DNA of 64,000 nucleotides from positions 186,001-250,000 of the forward strand of contig NIVC01000867.1 of assembly GCA_002269645.1 (NCBI GenBank), written 5' to 3'. The stretch comes from Macrostomum lignano. Its lineage: Eukaryota. This document shows, in pieces, positions 12,104 to 25,179 of this stretch; the first letter of the stretch is position 1; each line of letters opens with the position of its first letter. Position numbers and translations under genes: made by a program. The notes beneath the pieces are model-generated. The model was not told the origin of the DNA. It did not search any database and saw nothing but the letters and a program-made list of their open reading frames with translations.

Positions 12104-12312
12104 CAGGGGTGTCGCAACCAAGGGGGGGACAAAGAGGACATGTCCCCCAGTAGAGGTTATGGCCCACCACGTGACCCGTTATGGAAATTAATAACTTCGC
12201 TTCAGGGCGTCAAAATATGTAAAAAAACCGATTTCCAAATTAATTTAGTGATGTAAAATTCTTGGCTTTGTCCCCCCATGCCCCAACCATAGAATCCATT
12301 GTAAGGCCCCTA
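12104..12312. mobile_element. Short hAT-like MITE relic (CAGGGG...CCCCTA)
   Basis: Degenerate TIRs. It shares the TTGGCTTTGTCCCC..ACCATA.AATCCAT subterminus with the element at 61920-62538. The flanking 8-mers match at only 5 of 8 positions. Confidence 0.45.
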
Positions 12313-14101
12313 CTGGCTGCGCAGCAGCCCGAGGATTGTGCCGTCTCGGCCCTAGGAAGCATAGACATATTTCTATTGTGTCATACTTCGCGGGCCGCAT
12401 CACTTCAAGTATGCAGTTTTCGATATACTATCTTTACCATAGACTATAATCCCGGGCCGAATCGTTGTTTCTGCCCGCGGCGTGGCTAAGTGCAAAAACT
12501 GAGGTGGGGGGGGGGCTTCGCCCCCACATTTTAACCATAGATAAAATCAACCAGAGTCTGACTACAGTTAAGTAGTGGATATCAGAATTCTTTTCTCTGA
12601 ATTTAACTTCCTTTTTTGTCAACCTGCTGAGCTAGAGAAAAATGATAAATTTGTCAAGAATTTGCGACTGGAGATATCTCCGGATTTGACACTCTATGGA
12701 TGAAATCAAGGCTGTAACAGTTAGTGTGCTAAGTTATAGATTATAGCATCACTCTAAAGAAACCGATTTTTGTAGGTCGTCGCCGCGATGAATCCGTCAA
12801 TCGATACACACCAAGCGCATCTCTGAGAAGAGAAAGATCCAGGTTTCTCGCAGTCTCACGGAAGCATTGCATTCAGAGTCGAAGATGTCGAAGGTGGTTT
12901 CAATGGAGCACCGCCAGACGGAGTACAATGAGCCTGGCCCGTCGCGCAACCCAATAGCTACTCAGGAGAAGGATGGAGCTAAAATTAGCTTCTTCTTGTA
13001 AAAGAGGCAGGTGGTGAATGGAAGCAAGATGTGAACCTGTAACGGACAATGAATTTTGCTAGCAATGTATGTGACAGTTACATTTAATGGTTATTTGTTA
13101 CAACTTTTAAGTATACATTAATTACGAGTACATATGTTATACTCAATCGTTCTGGCAAAAGTTTGGCCATAGACTAGCCTCACATATCGTCATTTCGGCC
13201 CGCGATGTGGCCTGCGAAATCTAGACACAATGATATAGAGCGACTCAAAATTTTCTCAGGACAAAAAATATTGCCTTTAAAGTTACTAAGCTGCTCTAAA
13301 AGCGTTCAAGCTTTTCACTGACGATTTCGAACTTCTCTTCGTCCTGCTTCTCCATGTCGATTCGTTTTTCGTCCCTGCTAGTCTCCATCCGTCGCAGGCA
13401 GAACTCCAGATGTTCAGCACAGTCGCTGTAGTGAGCCAGAGGAAATGGTCCGTAGGAAACTCAGTAGTTTGAAGGTCATTTTGCCTGAATCCTATTTTAA
13501 CCTTACGATATTAACCTTACGATGATATAACCATCTGCGAATCTAGAGTAACAGTATTTTGAATGCGCTTCTGAGTGTCGGATCTGAGTGATAGACGGTG
13601 GGCTGTGCCGTGTGCAAATTGAATGCAAATTGTTAAGCCAAAGTTACAGCATGGGAACCCGAGGATTCGCTTTCATGGCAAAATTTTCACCTGCTATGGA
13701 AAGCTACCGTTTACAAGTTTTTTTAGCCTAAGTTAAACGCCTTGAAACTTCATTGTGACCAATATACATGTAGGTGAGCCCTAGCAAGCAGTATGGTAAT
13801 GTGCAGATGCCAGCAGATAGTGAAAGACGGCTTAGCACAAAAATTCATTCCAATTGTCTCCAAAAAAGGCGAGTGGCTGAAATACATGTACCTTTTGCGG
13901 TGATCTAGCTGTTGCGAAGTCTCGCATTTTTGGGAAAGCAACCATGAACTACTAGTGATGAGACCAAAGTAGTATAGAGAAAATTTTCTAAAATTAACTC
14001 TTGTGCGAATTCAGGTATTTTAGTTTTTAAAAACTCGGATAAGCCGTTTTTCATAGTTTAGAATAGCACAATAATCAGATTCATTATGCCCACTTTTATA
14101 A

Positions 14102-14354
14102 CTCAGTCAGTCAGTCAGTCAGTCAGTCAGTCAGTCAGTCAGTCAGTCAGTCAGTCAGTCAGTCAGTCAGTCAGTCAGTCAGTCAGTCAGTCAGTCAGTC
14201 AGTCAGTCAGTCAGTCAGTCAGCAGTCAGTCAGCAGTCCGTCAGCAGTCAGTCAGTCAGTCAGTCAGTCAGTCAGTCAGTCACTCACTCACTCAAATCAG
14301 TCAGTCAGTCAGTCAGTCAGTCACTCACTCACTCAAATCAGTCAGTCAGTCAGC

Positions 14355-14391
<37 letters not shown>

Positions 14392-14669
14392 AGTCAGTCA
14401 GTCAGTCAGTCAGTCAGTCAGTCAGTCAGTCAGTCAGTCAGTCAGTCAGTCAGTCAGTCAGTCAGTCAGTCAGTCAGTCAGTCAGTCAGTCAGTCAGTCA
14501 GCCAGTCAGTCAGTCAGTCACTCAGTCAGTCACTCAGTCAGTTAGTCAGTCAGTCAGTCAGTCAGTCACTCAGTCAGTCACTCAGTCAGTCAGTCAGTCA
14601 GTCAGTCAGTCAGTCAGTCAGTCAGTCAGTCAGTCAGTCAGTCAGTCAGTCAGTCAGTCAGTCAGTCAG
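14102..14669 (+). repeat. (CAGT)n microsatellite, about 570 bp
   Basis: Directly visible; it produces the SQSV ORF 14086..14748. Confidence 0.99.
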
Positions 14670-15122
14670 GCAGAACATCTCTTTGGTTGGAAGAAATATA
14701 TTCGGCCGAATGATTTTTGTGTTTTATTTGCTTCGCCGGAGGCAATGAGACAGAACATTTCAGCTGCTTAAAGCTTTTTCACCAATTTCTGTTTTTCATC
14801 TTCTCCCTTCCGGTATGGTCCTGGTCCTCCCTCCATTAACTACCATTTTACTCATCTATTTGCTCACAAAGATACAGTAAAGGATGCAGCTCAAAACTGA
14901 CGGGCAATGCAGCTGGATGCGATAAAGAAGCTGCAGCTTGGTGGATGTTGACTTAATGGAACATCCGCTGCTGTTTCGTAGCCCCCCCACCCCTGTTTGA
15001 TGTCAATAAAAAAATGCTTTTAAACTGACGACCGAATCAGGCGTGAGAAAGCTTAATTCTTGGTCCCAGACGGAACCAGACAGACACACCTGCAGGACCT
15101 GAGCCCCAACTGTTCTACTTTG

Positions 15123-17441
15123 ATGTTGGTCACAAAGTTTTCTCTGCTGATTTTGGTCAGCTTAGCTTCACTTGTTGCTCGCGGCGGTAAGTTCGGGTGA
15201 GCTGTCTAAATTTCTCATTAGCTTTGTTAGAAATTGAAACAAGCCATCATAGCTCAATATATATTTATCAAGCTAAAAAACTTCTAAAAAGGTAACGCAA
15301 ATCACCTTCAATGAATGCTCGCTTAATGCTTTCTTCATAAAGAAGACAGCTGTTAAAGAAAGACAGTTAAAACCGTTCATGCTTTGTTTAACTCTTCAAG
15401 CTTCACAATTTATGCGTTCAAAAATTTGCACGATTGCACCGACGTTCAGACGAAGTATGATGTCGTTATCCATCGATGTAATGTAAAAGTACGGATTTGT
15501 CAGTGTGGTTGGGGGGTTTACTACAATCACTACACCACCAGCCCTAGCAACCATTAACTTCGGCTACTTCTTTGATTAGGCTAGTAAAAAAGCTATAGGA
15601 AACCCCCAACAGAACGAGTCAGAAGGACATCAGAAATTAAGACGGATATCAGCGAATATTAGTCTGAAAGAAGCAGCACCGATTGAGTTCCTCGAGCGCG
15701 TACTACCCGAGCACTGTTATCGTAGCTTCTGGTAAGCAGCTTGCTTCAAGTCATTCTTTCCGGGAGGCGTGTTAGGCTAGTAGAAAGTGCAGTTCCTTCT
15801 TTGCCAGAGCGTCATAACGCCTGCTTGTACTACTTTATAGCACTTGGACTGCAGGGCACCCGAACCGACCCCACTTACTATGAACTATACATACTTGAAG
15901 TATTTTGTAGCTGGCTGTTGCATTTTATTATGAAATGTGACAAATTTATTAATCGAACCAGCATCAAAACACAGTAGTGTTCAAATCAGAGCACACATGA
16001 ACTGCTGCTCCACAGTCACAGCCGGCAAAGAATCTCAGCAGAAGGTCGGTCGCGTCATCGCCTCAACAGAAGTCATGCTGCTCAACTCAAGCATCAAAAG
16101 TGACGTCTTGAACGTGACTGAAGTTTCAAGCAGCATTGAGTGCGTGGCTCTGTGCCAAGCAAAGCGCTGCGTTCTGGCAGTGCTCAACAAGGTGATGCAA
16201 ATCTGTCGAATTGTCATCGTCTTCGACTCTCTGAAGTCTGCGGCACCTCCAGGAGCTCACGTGAATCGGCTTCTCGGAGCGGAGACTGGAGACAGAGTCT
16301 GGGTCGCTGAGGACTTTGCTGCTACAATTGCGAGAAACTCGAAGCGAACATTTTTGAGTGAGCACTTTTGAAACCTTCTGCTGAAAAGCTGTTCAAAATT
16401 TGCTGAAGATACTTTGTGAAGTTTCAAGTTTTCTACGACTATCCAAATCCCTATCGCTGGATACTTTCGAGTTTTCATAGTTTTAATTAAAGGCAGCTTT
16501 TATCCTATGAGCGAGCAAATATCGAACCTGAACTTCGCAGACAGCAGCTCAAGCAAGAATGGCTCAATCCAGCTCGCTCTGATTAACGTCACCGGCTGCT
16601 ACCGCATCGTGGTTGCCGGAGCCAAAGGCGGCGACAACCCGTTCACTGGGGGTCGTAGAGGTTTCGGCGCCGTCACAGCTGGCAGTTTCAACCTGACAGC
16701 CGGCACCCAGCTCTCTATCGTGGTCGGGCAGGCGGGCGGCTCTGCTAACTTGAACACATCGGGAGCTGGCGGCGGCGGAGGCAGCTTCGTGTACCGGACT
16801 GCGGATCAGCACCTGCTGATGGCGGCTGGTGGCGGCGGCGGCTGCTCCTGTTGCAAAAACGGTGGGTCTTTAATTGATAACAAAATTGAAAATAGCGTGC
16901 CTCTATTTTTACTTGTTCATGCAGACCACTTTTATTAAAAAAATTTACAGGTGTTTCCGGCAAAAGGGACCAAAATGGTGCGGATTCGAATGGTAATTAC
17001 ATCCTCAAAAGTGGACTGGGAGGAACCAATGGTGGGCCTGGTTTCAACGAACCAAACAAAACTAAAGAACTGCTGTGCCACGGCGGCTGCGGCGCCGGCT
17101 GGCTTGGCAGGGCCGTCAATCCAAGGCGATGCTCCTGCGACGGCGAGAGAGGCGGCGGTCTGGCGGACGGCTGGGCCGGCGGCAGCGCCGGAGAGAGCGG
17201 CACCGGCGACGGCGGCTTCGGTGGAGGCGGCGGCGGAGGCGGCAACGCTACCTCCCCGGGCGCTGCCGGAGCTGGCGGCGGCTTCAGCGGAGGCGGAGCC
17301 GGTGTGGGCCGCAATCAAGCCGGAGGCGGCGGCGGCTCGTTTTGCAACGGCAGCGACTGCATCGGCGTCACGGGAGGCAACTCGGCTGGCGAACACGGAT
17401 GGGTGACGCTGCGACTGCTGGCTGCTGGCACCTGCCAGTGA
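15123..17441 (+). CDS. Secreted PAN/Apple-like + ALK/LTK-type glycine-rich domain protein, paralogue 1 (405 aa, 4 exons)
   Basis: Exons 15123-15186 (signal peptide MLVTKFSLLILVSLASLVARG), 16016-16357 (ECVALCQAKRC...C), 16541-16861 (GCYRIVVAGAKGG...FNLTAGTQLSIVVGQAGG...GGGGGSFVY...LLMAAGGGGG) and 16951-17441 (GDGGFGGGGGG...GAGGGFSGG...GGGGGSFC...HGWVTL, TGA). All introns are GT-AG phase 1, and the total of 1218 nt is in frame. The exon 2 acceptor could alternatively be at 16022. Confidence 0.85.
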
Positions 17442-18061
17442 ATGCGAAGATTGTCGTGATCAGACGAGATTCGATTTGAAGAACTTTTGAATCAAGAAAT
17501 CAAAGCAAAACTTGATTAACTATAAGCTATAGTAATAACGATATAATCCTTATTTTTAGTTTTTATGAGGCAAAAATATAAAGTGTTCTGGCACAAGAGC
17601 AGTTAAAACCCGGGACCGTATCTGGTTTGCATTAACTGATGCTGAGTTTGCATTAAACTGTTAAGTTGGTGTCTGTCCGTTTCAACCTCTTTTTCTATTT
17701 TCTAGACAATATTCCATTTGGTAAGATTGTTTATTTGATAAATTAACCAAAACATATTTGCCCTAGAGCTTGGCTAAAATGCTTTTAGGCTTGGAAATTT
17801 GTCAAATTAAGATAAACTGGGGTTGGATAATTTGACTTCAATGCTAACTCATATAACTGAGCAAACAATGGCGCTAGTGAAATTTTGCAAATAACTCGGA
17901 AGTGATTCAGTCAGGTGCCTCGTTTCACTTTGGTCTACAGGTTTAATTTTAGCAGAAAACTGGCAATCCAGGGGCTGTCGCGACTAAAACGTTTGTTCCC
18001 TGCTAATACGAGCTTGTAATGGGAGAGTTTAGACTGATATTAGCTTTCGTTTGAAACAGCC

Positions 18062-19036
18062 ACACCTGATCTTGTTTTGTGTGTAGCATGACTGACCTTG
18101 AGCAGCCTGTCACCTGATCTTGTTTAGTCTGTAGCATGACTGACCTTGAGTAGCGTGTCACCTGATCTTGTTTAGTGTGTAGCATTACTGAACTTGAGCA
18201 GCGTGTCACCTGATCTTGTTTAGTCTGTAGCATGACTGACCTTGAGTAGCGTGTCACCTGATCTTGTTTAGTGTGTAGCATGACTGACCTTGAGCAGCCT
18301 GTCACCTGATCTTGTTTAGTCTGCAGCATGACTGACCTTGAGTAGCGTGTCACCTGATCTTGTTTAGTGTGTAGCATGACTGACCTTGAGCAGCCTGTCA
18401 CCTGATCTTGTTTAGTCTGTAGCATGACTGACCTTGAGTAGCGTGTCACCTGATCTTGTTTAGTGTGTAGCATGACTGACCTTGAGCAGCCTGTCACCTG
18501 ATCTTGTTTAGTCTGTAGCATGACTGACCTTGAGTAGCGTGTCACCTGATCTTGTTTAGTGTGTAGCATGACTGACCTTGAGCAGCCTGTCACCTGATCT
18601 TGTTTAGTCTGCAGCATGACTGACCTTGAGTAGCGTGTCACCTGATCTTTCTTAGTCTGCAGCATGACTGACCTTGAGTAGCGTGTCACCTGATCTTTCT
18701 TAGTCTGCAGCATGACTGACCTTGAGCAGCGTGTCACCTGATCTTTCTTAGTCTGCAGCATGACTGACCTTGAGCAGCGTGTCACCTGATCTTTCTTAGT
18801 CTGCAGCATGACTGACCTTGAGCAGCGTGTCACCCGATCTTTCTTAGTCTGCAGCATGACTGACCTTGAGCAGCGTGTCACCTGATCTTTCTTAGTCTGC
18901 AGCATGACTGACCTTGAGCAGCGTGTCACCTGATCTTTCTTAGTCTGCAGCATGACTGACCTTGAGCAGCGTGTCACCTGATCTTTCTTAGTCTGCAGCA
19001 TGACTGACCTTGAGCAGCGTGTCACCTGATCTTGTT
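18062..19036 (+). repeat. 48 bp minisatellite (GTCACCTGATCTTGTTTAGTCTGTAGCATGACTGACCTTGAGCAGCGT), about 20 copies
   Basis: Near-perfect tandem units; source of the 362-aa repeat ORF 18003..19091. Confidence 0.97.
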
Positions 19037-19074
19037 CATCAAGGTCAGGGGGAGTTAATAACAAATTTATCATT

Positions 19075-21610
19075 GAATAGGTGCGTGGCACCTTTCATTG
19101 CCCCAGCTCGGATAACGGGTGCAGCGGAGGCATGTTGAGGACGGGTCTACGACGTTTGCCTGCGGGACGTTTGCCAGCCGACGTTTGCCTGCGGGACGTT
19201 TGCCAGCCGACATTTGCCAGCCGACGTTTGCCAGCCGACGTTTGCCTGCGGGACGTTTGCCAGCCGAAGTTTGCCTGCCGGACGTTTGCCTGCGGGACGT
19301 TTGCCAGCCGACGTTTGCCAGCCGACGTTTGCCAGCCGACATTTGCCAGCCGACATTTGCCAGCCGACGTTTGCCTGCCGGACGTTTGCCAGCCGACGTT
19401 TGCCAGCCGACGTTTGCCTGCCGGAAGTTTGCCAGCCAAAATTTGCTAGCCAATATAAAGCCAGTCAGTGAAAAATTTGATACTGAAACATTCGCAGTTT
19501 AGCGGTTTGACAAAAACCGTTTTTACTCCAACTTTTTGACGGTTATTCGCATATATACAAGTTTGAAAGCAAAATCTATAAATTATGCAATTTATGCAAA
19601 ATCTATATAAATTATGCAATTTATATAGATTTACATCTAATATCCAGTTTAACAACGATTTTCTTTGAATGTGAAAATATTGTTTACTTTTGACAATTGT
19701 GTATCGTTTTTCCCAGTTTGAGATGTTTGATTTTTGATGTGCGAAAGAAGACGCGCAGATTACAACGGGAATCTCCAGCGATTAAGTTATGAGGCAAACA
19801 AAAAGAGCTGCTGAGCGGTAATTCTGGCTCATATATTTCTCAGTTCATTGGGAGATCTAAAAGTAAGCAAATTGATTCCAATGCTGTTGTATTACTACTC
19901 AAGTAAGCAAGGAAACCGCGATCTCAACGTACATGTGTAGACGAGTCGAATGCGGTGCGTTTTTATAGTAAGCTATATAGCAGAATAGCCAGACAAGCCG
20001 CCAGTAGCAAGCTAGTAGAATAGCAAGCGCTAGACACTACGTATGCAAAGCTTAGTCACGCCAAGGACTACTAAAGTAGAAGTACGCAGCACTCGAAATC
20101 TATGAAAAATGTTTTGAAGGCCATAGGGAGATAGGAAGTTTTCATCTTTTCAGCACAACAATTGTTATTGCTTTCATACGAGGCAAACCCAATGTTCATC
20201 TTTTGATATGTTGTGCCAAAATCGTTGTTAAACTAGATATTAGACGTTAGACTGATGAACTGCATAATTTATATATTTTGCTTTCAAACTTGTATACATG
20301 CGAATAACCGTCAAAAAGTTGGAGTAAAAACGGTTTTTGTCAAACCGCTAAACTGCGAATGTTTCAGTATCAAATTTTTCACTGACTGGCTTTATATTGG
20401 CTAGCAAATTTTGGCTGGCAAACTTCCGGCAGGCAAACGTCGGCTGGCAAACGTCCCACTGGCAAACGTCGGCTGGCAAACGTCGGCTGGCAAATGTCGG
20501 CTGGCAAACGTCCCGCAGGCAAACTTCGGCTGGCAAACGTCCCACTGGCAAACGTCGGCTGGCAAACGTCCCGCAGGCAAACGTCGGCTGGCAAACGTCC
20601 CGCAGGCAAACGTCGCTATCCCGTTGAGGACGGTGTTCAGGGTAGAGGGGTACGCCAGGGTGATGGCTCGGCAGATGCTGCCCTGCAGCTGGTACAGCCA
20701 GTCTCGCACCGTCTTCAGCTTCAGCGCACTGTACCAGATGAAGCACGCGCATAGTTGATGCTGGGTCGGATGATGCCTGTGTAGAGCCATCTGGCCGTCA
20801 TGGAAAGAGCCCCCAGGTAGGTCCGGTATCTCTGCTTTACTCGTTCAAAACATCGCTTAGTGCTCCAGATGACATTGCCAGCATGCACAGTCCAACGCAG
20901 ATCATGCGTGAGCGTTATCTTCCTATGGTGAAGATAATGGCCACCGTCCTGACGGTGCTGATACATGTAGTTCGGCCATTCCGGGTGGCCCAGTTTTGCA
21001 CCTTGTCAGCGAAGTGCTGCTGCATCAGATTCCGTAGCATCATGCTGACGTCATCGGCGAAGCCGGCTTTGACGATGCTGCTCGGGACGGCAGCCATCAG
21101 TCGTTCGCTCATCACGTGGTTTCAGAGAAGTGGGTTGAGTACCCCAGTACCCCGTCTTGGCCTCGGTCTTTTATCACTCTGTTAGTGCAGATTGCATCCA
21201 TGAGGGTGGAGGTCACCATTCTGTTCCCCGATCATTAATTCGATCCATCGCACAATGCTGGATCTGACCTTTTTCTGTAAAAATGGGTCTCTGAAGGAGC
21301 CAAATTGTAAGTTATCAAAGGCCTCTTGATGTCAAAGAAAAGTCAACAAGCGATCTCTTTATTGAGGATTGCTTTCTCAAAGTCTGATGTTATACGTAAA
21401 ATGATCCGTTATTTCCCTGGCTGAAAAGCGAACTGGTGCTTACTTATGGGTGCCGCCCACAGGTTGCAGTCGCACAGCCTCCTCAGGATGAGCCTCTCCA
21501 TCAGGTTAACGCAGAAGGAGTTTAGGCTAATGGGATGGAAGGATTCCACGTTAGTATCGTCGCTTTAACGGGCTTGGGGATGACGACCACCCAGGCAGTC
21601 CTACAAATAA
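19075..21610 (-). pseudogene. Decayed LINE reverse-transcriptase remnant (same group as the other two LINEs), interrupted by a TIR element
   Basis: Fragments AWVVVIPKP, GVLNPLL*N, KAGFADDVS...QNWATRNG...TVAIIFT, WLYTGIIRPSI.YACFIWYSAL and LNMPPL match the order of motifs in the 41.8-43.4 kb RT. Many frameshifts. Confidence 0.8.
19143..20622. mobile_element. Non-autonomous Mutator/foldback-like element, 1480 bp, with long TIRs
   Basis: 9-bp TSD GTTGAGGAC at 19134-19142 and 20623-20631. Ends are GGG...CCC. The inverted arms (about 19143-19660 and 20220-20622) contain an 11-12 bp CGACGTTTGCCAGC tandem repeat. Confidence 0.88.
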
Positions 21611-21730
21611 TGGGGATGTGACCAGGTGGTGAAGCGATCAATAATAAGCTATGATATGATGTTATGATGTTATGATGAGCTATGATGTTATGTCTTGAAT
21701 TTAAAATAAGCTTCACAAGTCGTCAAGTGG

Positions 21731-22745
21731 TGTTCCAAAATAATTGCGTACTTCTTACGCTCCAGACCACTTAAGGTTTCTTATATTTTAGCTTGCCACA
21801 CAGCGGGCTTTAAAACTGGTACTGTCTCTTGGCTTCATGCGAGCCCATAGATAAAAGCAAAACGGTCAAACTGACAACATAAATACTGGTACACAGTCAA
21901 GTCACATTATCCCTCTTTTCTTCAAGATACTTGGTACCTCTCTGGTGGTCTCCGGATCCGCACTGGGTATCTGTGCTCCGTGGGTTGATTTGCAATCGGC
22001 TCCTCATCGTCTCCAATAGATCTGTTAGTTGCCTCTGCTCTGTCTCTGACATGGTCCCTGTGCACCACCAGGTCTCGTCCTTGATGGTCCCGCACTCGTT
22101 TCAGCTGTTCGCCCATCGCTTCTTGAAATACTCCTTCTCCCTCCACTCCTTGTTAAAGGGATCTTGAACCCAAACAGGATTGTGGACTTGATCGGTTTTC
22201 TTGTCCTGAAACGACCGACGATGTAGCAGTGACAACCTCGTATTGAACTCGCGACGACCAAACATTTCTCGACACGGAGCGACACCATTGGCTCTTGGGC
22301 AGACTTGAATGGCGTAAAAAGCCTGTTGCATTCAAACTTCCGGGTCTGGGTCGTTAAGCTGTTTTAACTTGGTCTTCAACCTTTTTACTGCGACCTCGGC
22401 CACGCCATACGAAGCGGGATGATATCGGGGAGACTTCAGATGTAGCGCTTTCATCCGCTTCAACCAGGCCTCCGTTTCATTAGCAACGAACTGTCGTCCA
22501 TTGTCAGTGACGAGTACTTCCGGGATGTTGAAATTGTAAAATGTTTCTTGCAGCACTTTAATCACAGCCGCTGCGTCAATATCTCGAACCCATTCGGCAG
22601 CAATAAATCCCGTCTTGGCGTCCGAAACCACCAGAAAGTAGTCTCGGTCTAATTGACCAAGATCTGCATGTACTCGGCACCAGGCTTCCTTTGGCACTGG
22701 CCATGGTCTGAGCACAGCTTTCTGTGAAGGTCTCAGGCGTTGACA
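21731..22745 (-). mobile_element. Gypsy/Ty3 LTR retrotransposon 3' remnant: integrase fragment, polypurine tract and probable 3' LTR (21731-21906)
   Basis: Integrase core PWPVPKEAWCRVHAD...FLVVSDAKT...PEVLVTDNGRQF...SPRYHPASYGVAEVAVKRLK (22332-22715); C-terminal RIRRPPERY; purine tract AAGAAAAGAGGGA followed by TGT...ACA. Confidence 0.8.
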
Positions 22746-23862
22746 TGTGCGAACTGAAATCTAACAGCCGTTTTGAGTCGTGGTAATTTTGAGTCCTAAA
22801 TTACAGCAACGAAATGGTTTGTACTTTAGGTATGAGACGAGAGGACGTCTCATACACAAGAGTGAATCTTAAGATTCAAGAATAAACTATTATAAAAAAC
22901 AATGTAATCTGCTTTCTTCATTGTAAGTTTGCTCAACTGTAAAAGCAACCAAACCTCTGACTAATGAAAGACCGGCTTGCAAAGGTATACATTCCATATT
23001 GCCGAAATACTCTTAAAGGAGAGACAAATTATGCTCATGTGCGATTTACCAAAAAAAGATGTAAATGTAAGAGCTTAGTCTTGATGCTATTAGAAGTATA
23101 CATCAATCACAGGTATAGCGTTGACTGATGGGATAAATGTAGACACGTTCATAACTACGAAAGTCACCCAAGCTCATCAACGGCTTTAGCAAAAAGAAGC
23201 AATCTTATGAAGCAACAGTTGCTTGGAATGCCTGAATTTCGCTTTCAAACAATGGCTTCGTTTTCTTCAATGTTTTTTAAAAGTTTCCGCTGCCTCCGCC
23301 TTGGCTTCCGGTAAAGTGTTCCACTGACTTCTTCTTCAGTCAACCGTTGCAATGTACTCTTCCTTAAGCGACCGTACTACTGACTTTGGGGGAAGCCAAA
23401 GTTAGCCAGTAGGTTTGCAAGTCTGCTTCTCGTTATAGCTCACTACCACTAATGCAGTTGATCTCAGAATTTTTTTCGTCCCTAAAGCATTTTTTAAACA
23501 ATAGCTCATGCATCGATTCTTTTTCTTAAACTTTTCCTGGGCTTAGCTAATGCAGCTCTGAGCTTTACCAAAGCTGAGAAATATTTCTTACGATTAACTG
23601 TTTCGTGGGTTGGTTAAGCCTCTCGAGCAAGCACTAAGCAATTTACTCGTATTTGTAGAAGAGACACTACACAAGTAAAAATATGTAAAAGCTAGAAGAT
23701 TTACAGAATCTATAAATACACGCATTACATGAAGCGATATGAATAGATTGAACTTAAAAAAAAATTAAGACTGCTTGGATTTGAGTGTCGTATATTTTTA
23801 GAGTGTCTTAGGGTAAAATTACCTTCCTGTAGGGAACATGATTACCTACCTTTGTCGTTTTT

Positions 23863-24413
23863 TCTATACTGATGTGTTGTTGTCTCCATATGCCGCGATG
23901 CTGTTTTTTCTATACTGATGTGTTGTTGTCTCCATATGCCGCGATGCTGTTTTTTCTATACTGATGTGTTGTTGTCTCCATATGCCGCGATGCTGTTTTT
24001 CTATACTGATGTGTTGTTGTCTCCATATGCCGCGATGCTGTTTTTCTATACTGATGTGTTGTTGTCTCCATATGCCGCGATGCTGTTTTTCTATACTGAT
24101 GTGTTGTTGTCTCCATATGCCGCGATGCTGTTGTTTCTATACTGATGTGTTGTTGTCTCCATATGCCGCGATGCTGTTGTTTCTATACTGATGTGTTGTT
24201 GTCTCCATATGCCGCGATGCTGTTTTTCTATACTGATGTGTTGTTGTCTCTATATGCCGCGATGCTGTTGTTTCTATACTGATGTGTTGTTGTCTCCATA
24301 TGCCGCGATGCTGTTTTTTCTATACTGATGTGTTGTTGTCTCCATATGCCACGATGCTGTTTTTTCTATACTGATGTGTTGTTGTCTCTATATGCCGCGA
24401 TGCTGTTTTTTCT
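23863..24413 (+). repeat. About 46 bp tandem repeat CTATACTGATGTGTTGTTGTCTCCATATGCCGCGATGCTGTTTTT, about 12 copies
   Basis: Direct tandem units with no unique spacers. Confidence 0.97.
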
Positions 24414-25179
24414 ATTATTATTATTACTAATACTAATTTTACTAATATTACTACTATCAATATTACTATTCTACTTCTTATTAATATTGTTACTGTTATT
24501 ATTATTATTATTACTATTAAATAGACGCTGGCATAGGATGTCAGCAAAGCACCCGCTGGTGGAAAAGAGTAAGGGGTAAGGGGTAGAGTGAAAAGAGTGA
24601 GGGGTAGACTGAGGGGTAAGGCTGTATCTGTTTTCTATGCTTGTCACCGACGCTGTTCCCTATACTGCTATGTAGTTGTTTTCTACGCTGGTTTTTTTAG
24701 TGGTTTATACTCGTCCTGATATGAGTATATCTACGATTTTAAAGTCAAATGGAAGTAATGTGATTCCAAGATTAGCTCTTCGATCTTAGGGAGTCCGCTG
24801 GCCATAGACGCAGAAACTCTTGCAATCTCGGTGGGAAGTAGGGGAGTAGGGGTGAACTTGCGGCAGCAGAGCTGCTACTGGGAATCGAATTGTTAAACAA
24901 GAAAAAACTTTTGTTTAGAAAGTCTGAGTCAGAGAAACATCCTTCCGTGGGTAGACGTACAAAGCCAGTGTAACTGTACTGCAGACCAGGGGTGGGGGGC
25001 AGAGGGACTGAATCTGTTACTACCCGCGCCTTGACAACAGCACAGCAAACAAATCAACTGAATGGCCTTTCAGAAAAAATGTAAAAACGGTAAATATTTT
25101 GGAGCGGGAAAAAGCTCCTTATTCCCATTCCGACACACAATTTCAGTACTGAGAGACGGCAAACACACAACTTTGGGAG

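Noticed and set aside
12770-13500. Exon-like GC-rich segments on both strands
   Set aside because: Only short frames with stops, no recognisable domain and no consistent splice chain.
14086-14748. 220-aa SQSV-repeat ORF
   Set aside because: It is the translation of the (CAGT)n microsatellite.
16935-17479. Ala-rich, Pro-rich and Arg-rich ORFs, and the possibility of a bacterial PE-PGRS-like gene
   Set aside because: These are alternative frames or the antisense of the Gly-rich exon. The real gene is spliced and has a signal peptide, so there is no evidence of bacterial origin.
18003-19091. 362-aa ORF with 16-aa repeats
   Set aside because: It is the translation of a 48-bp minisatellite that happens to lack stops in one frame; there is no unique coding context.
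23863-24413. CRISPR-like regular repeats (also 10420-10925, 55885-56655, 62050-62445)
   Set aside because: The units are contiguous with no unique spacers, there are no cas genes, and the context is eukaryotic.
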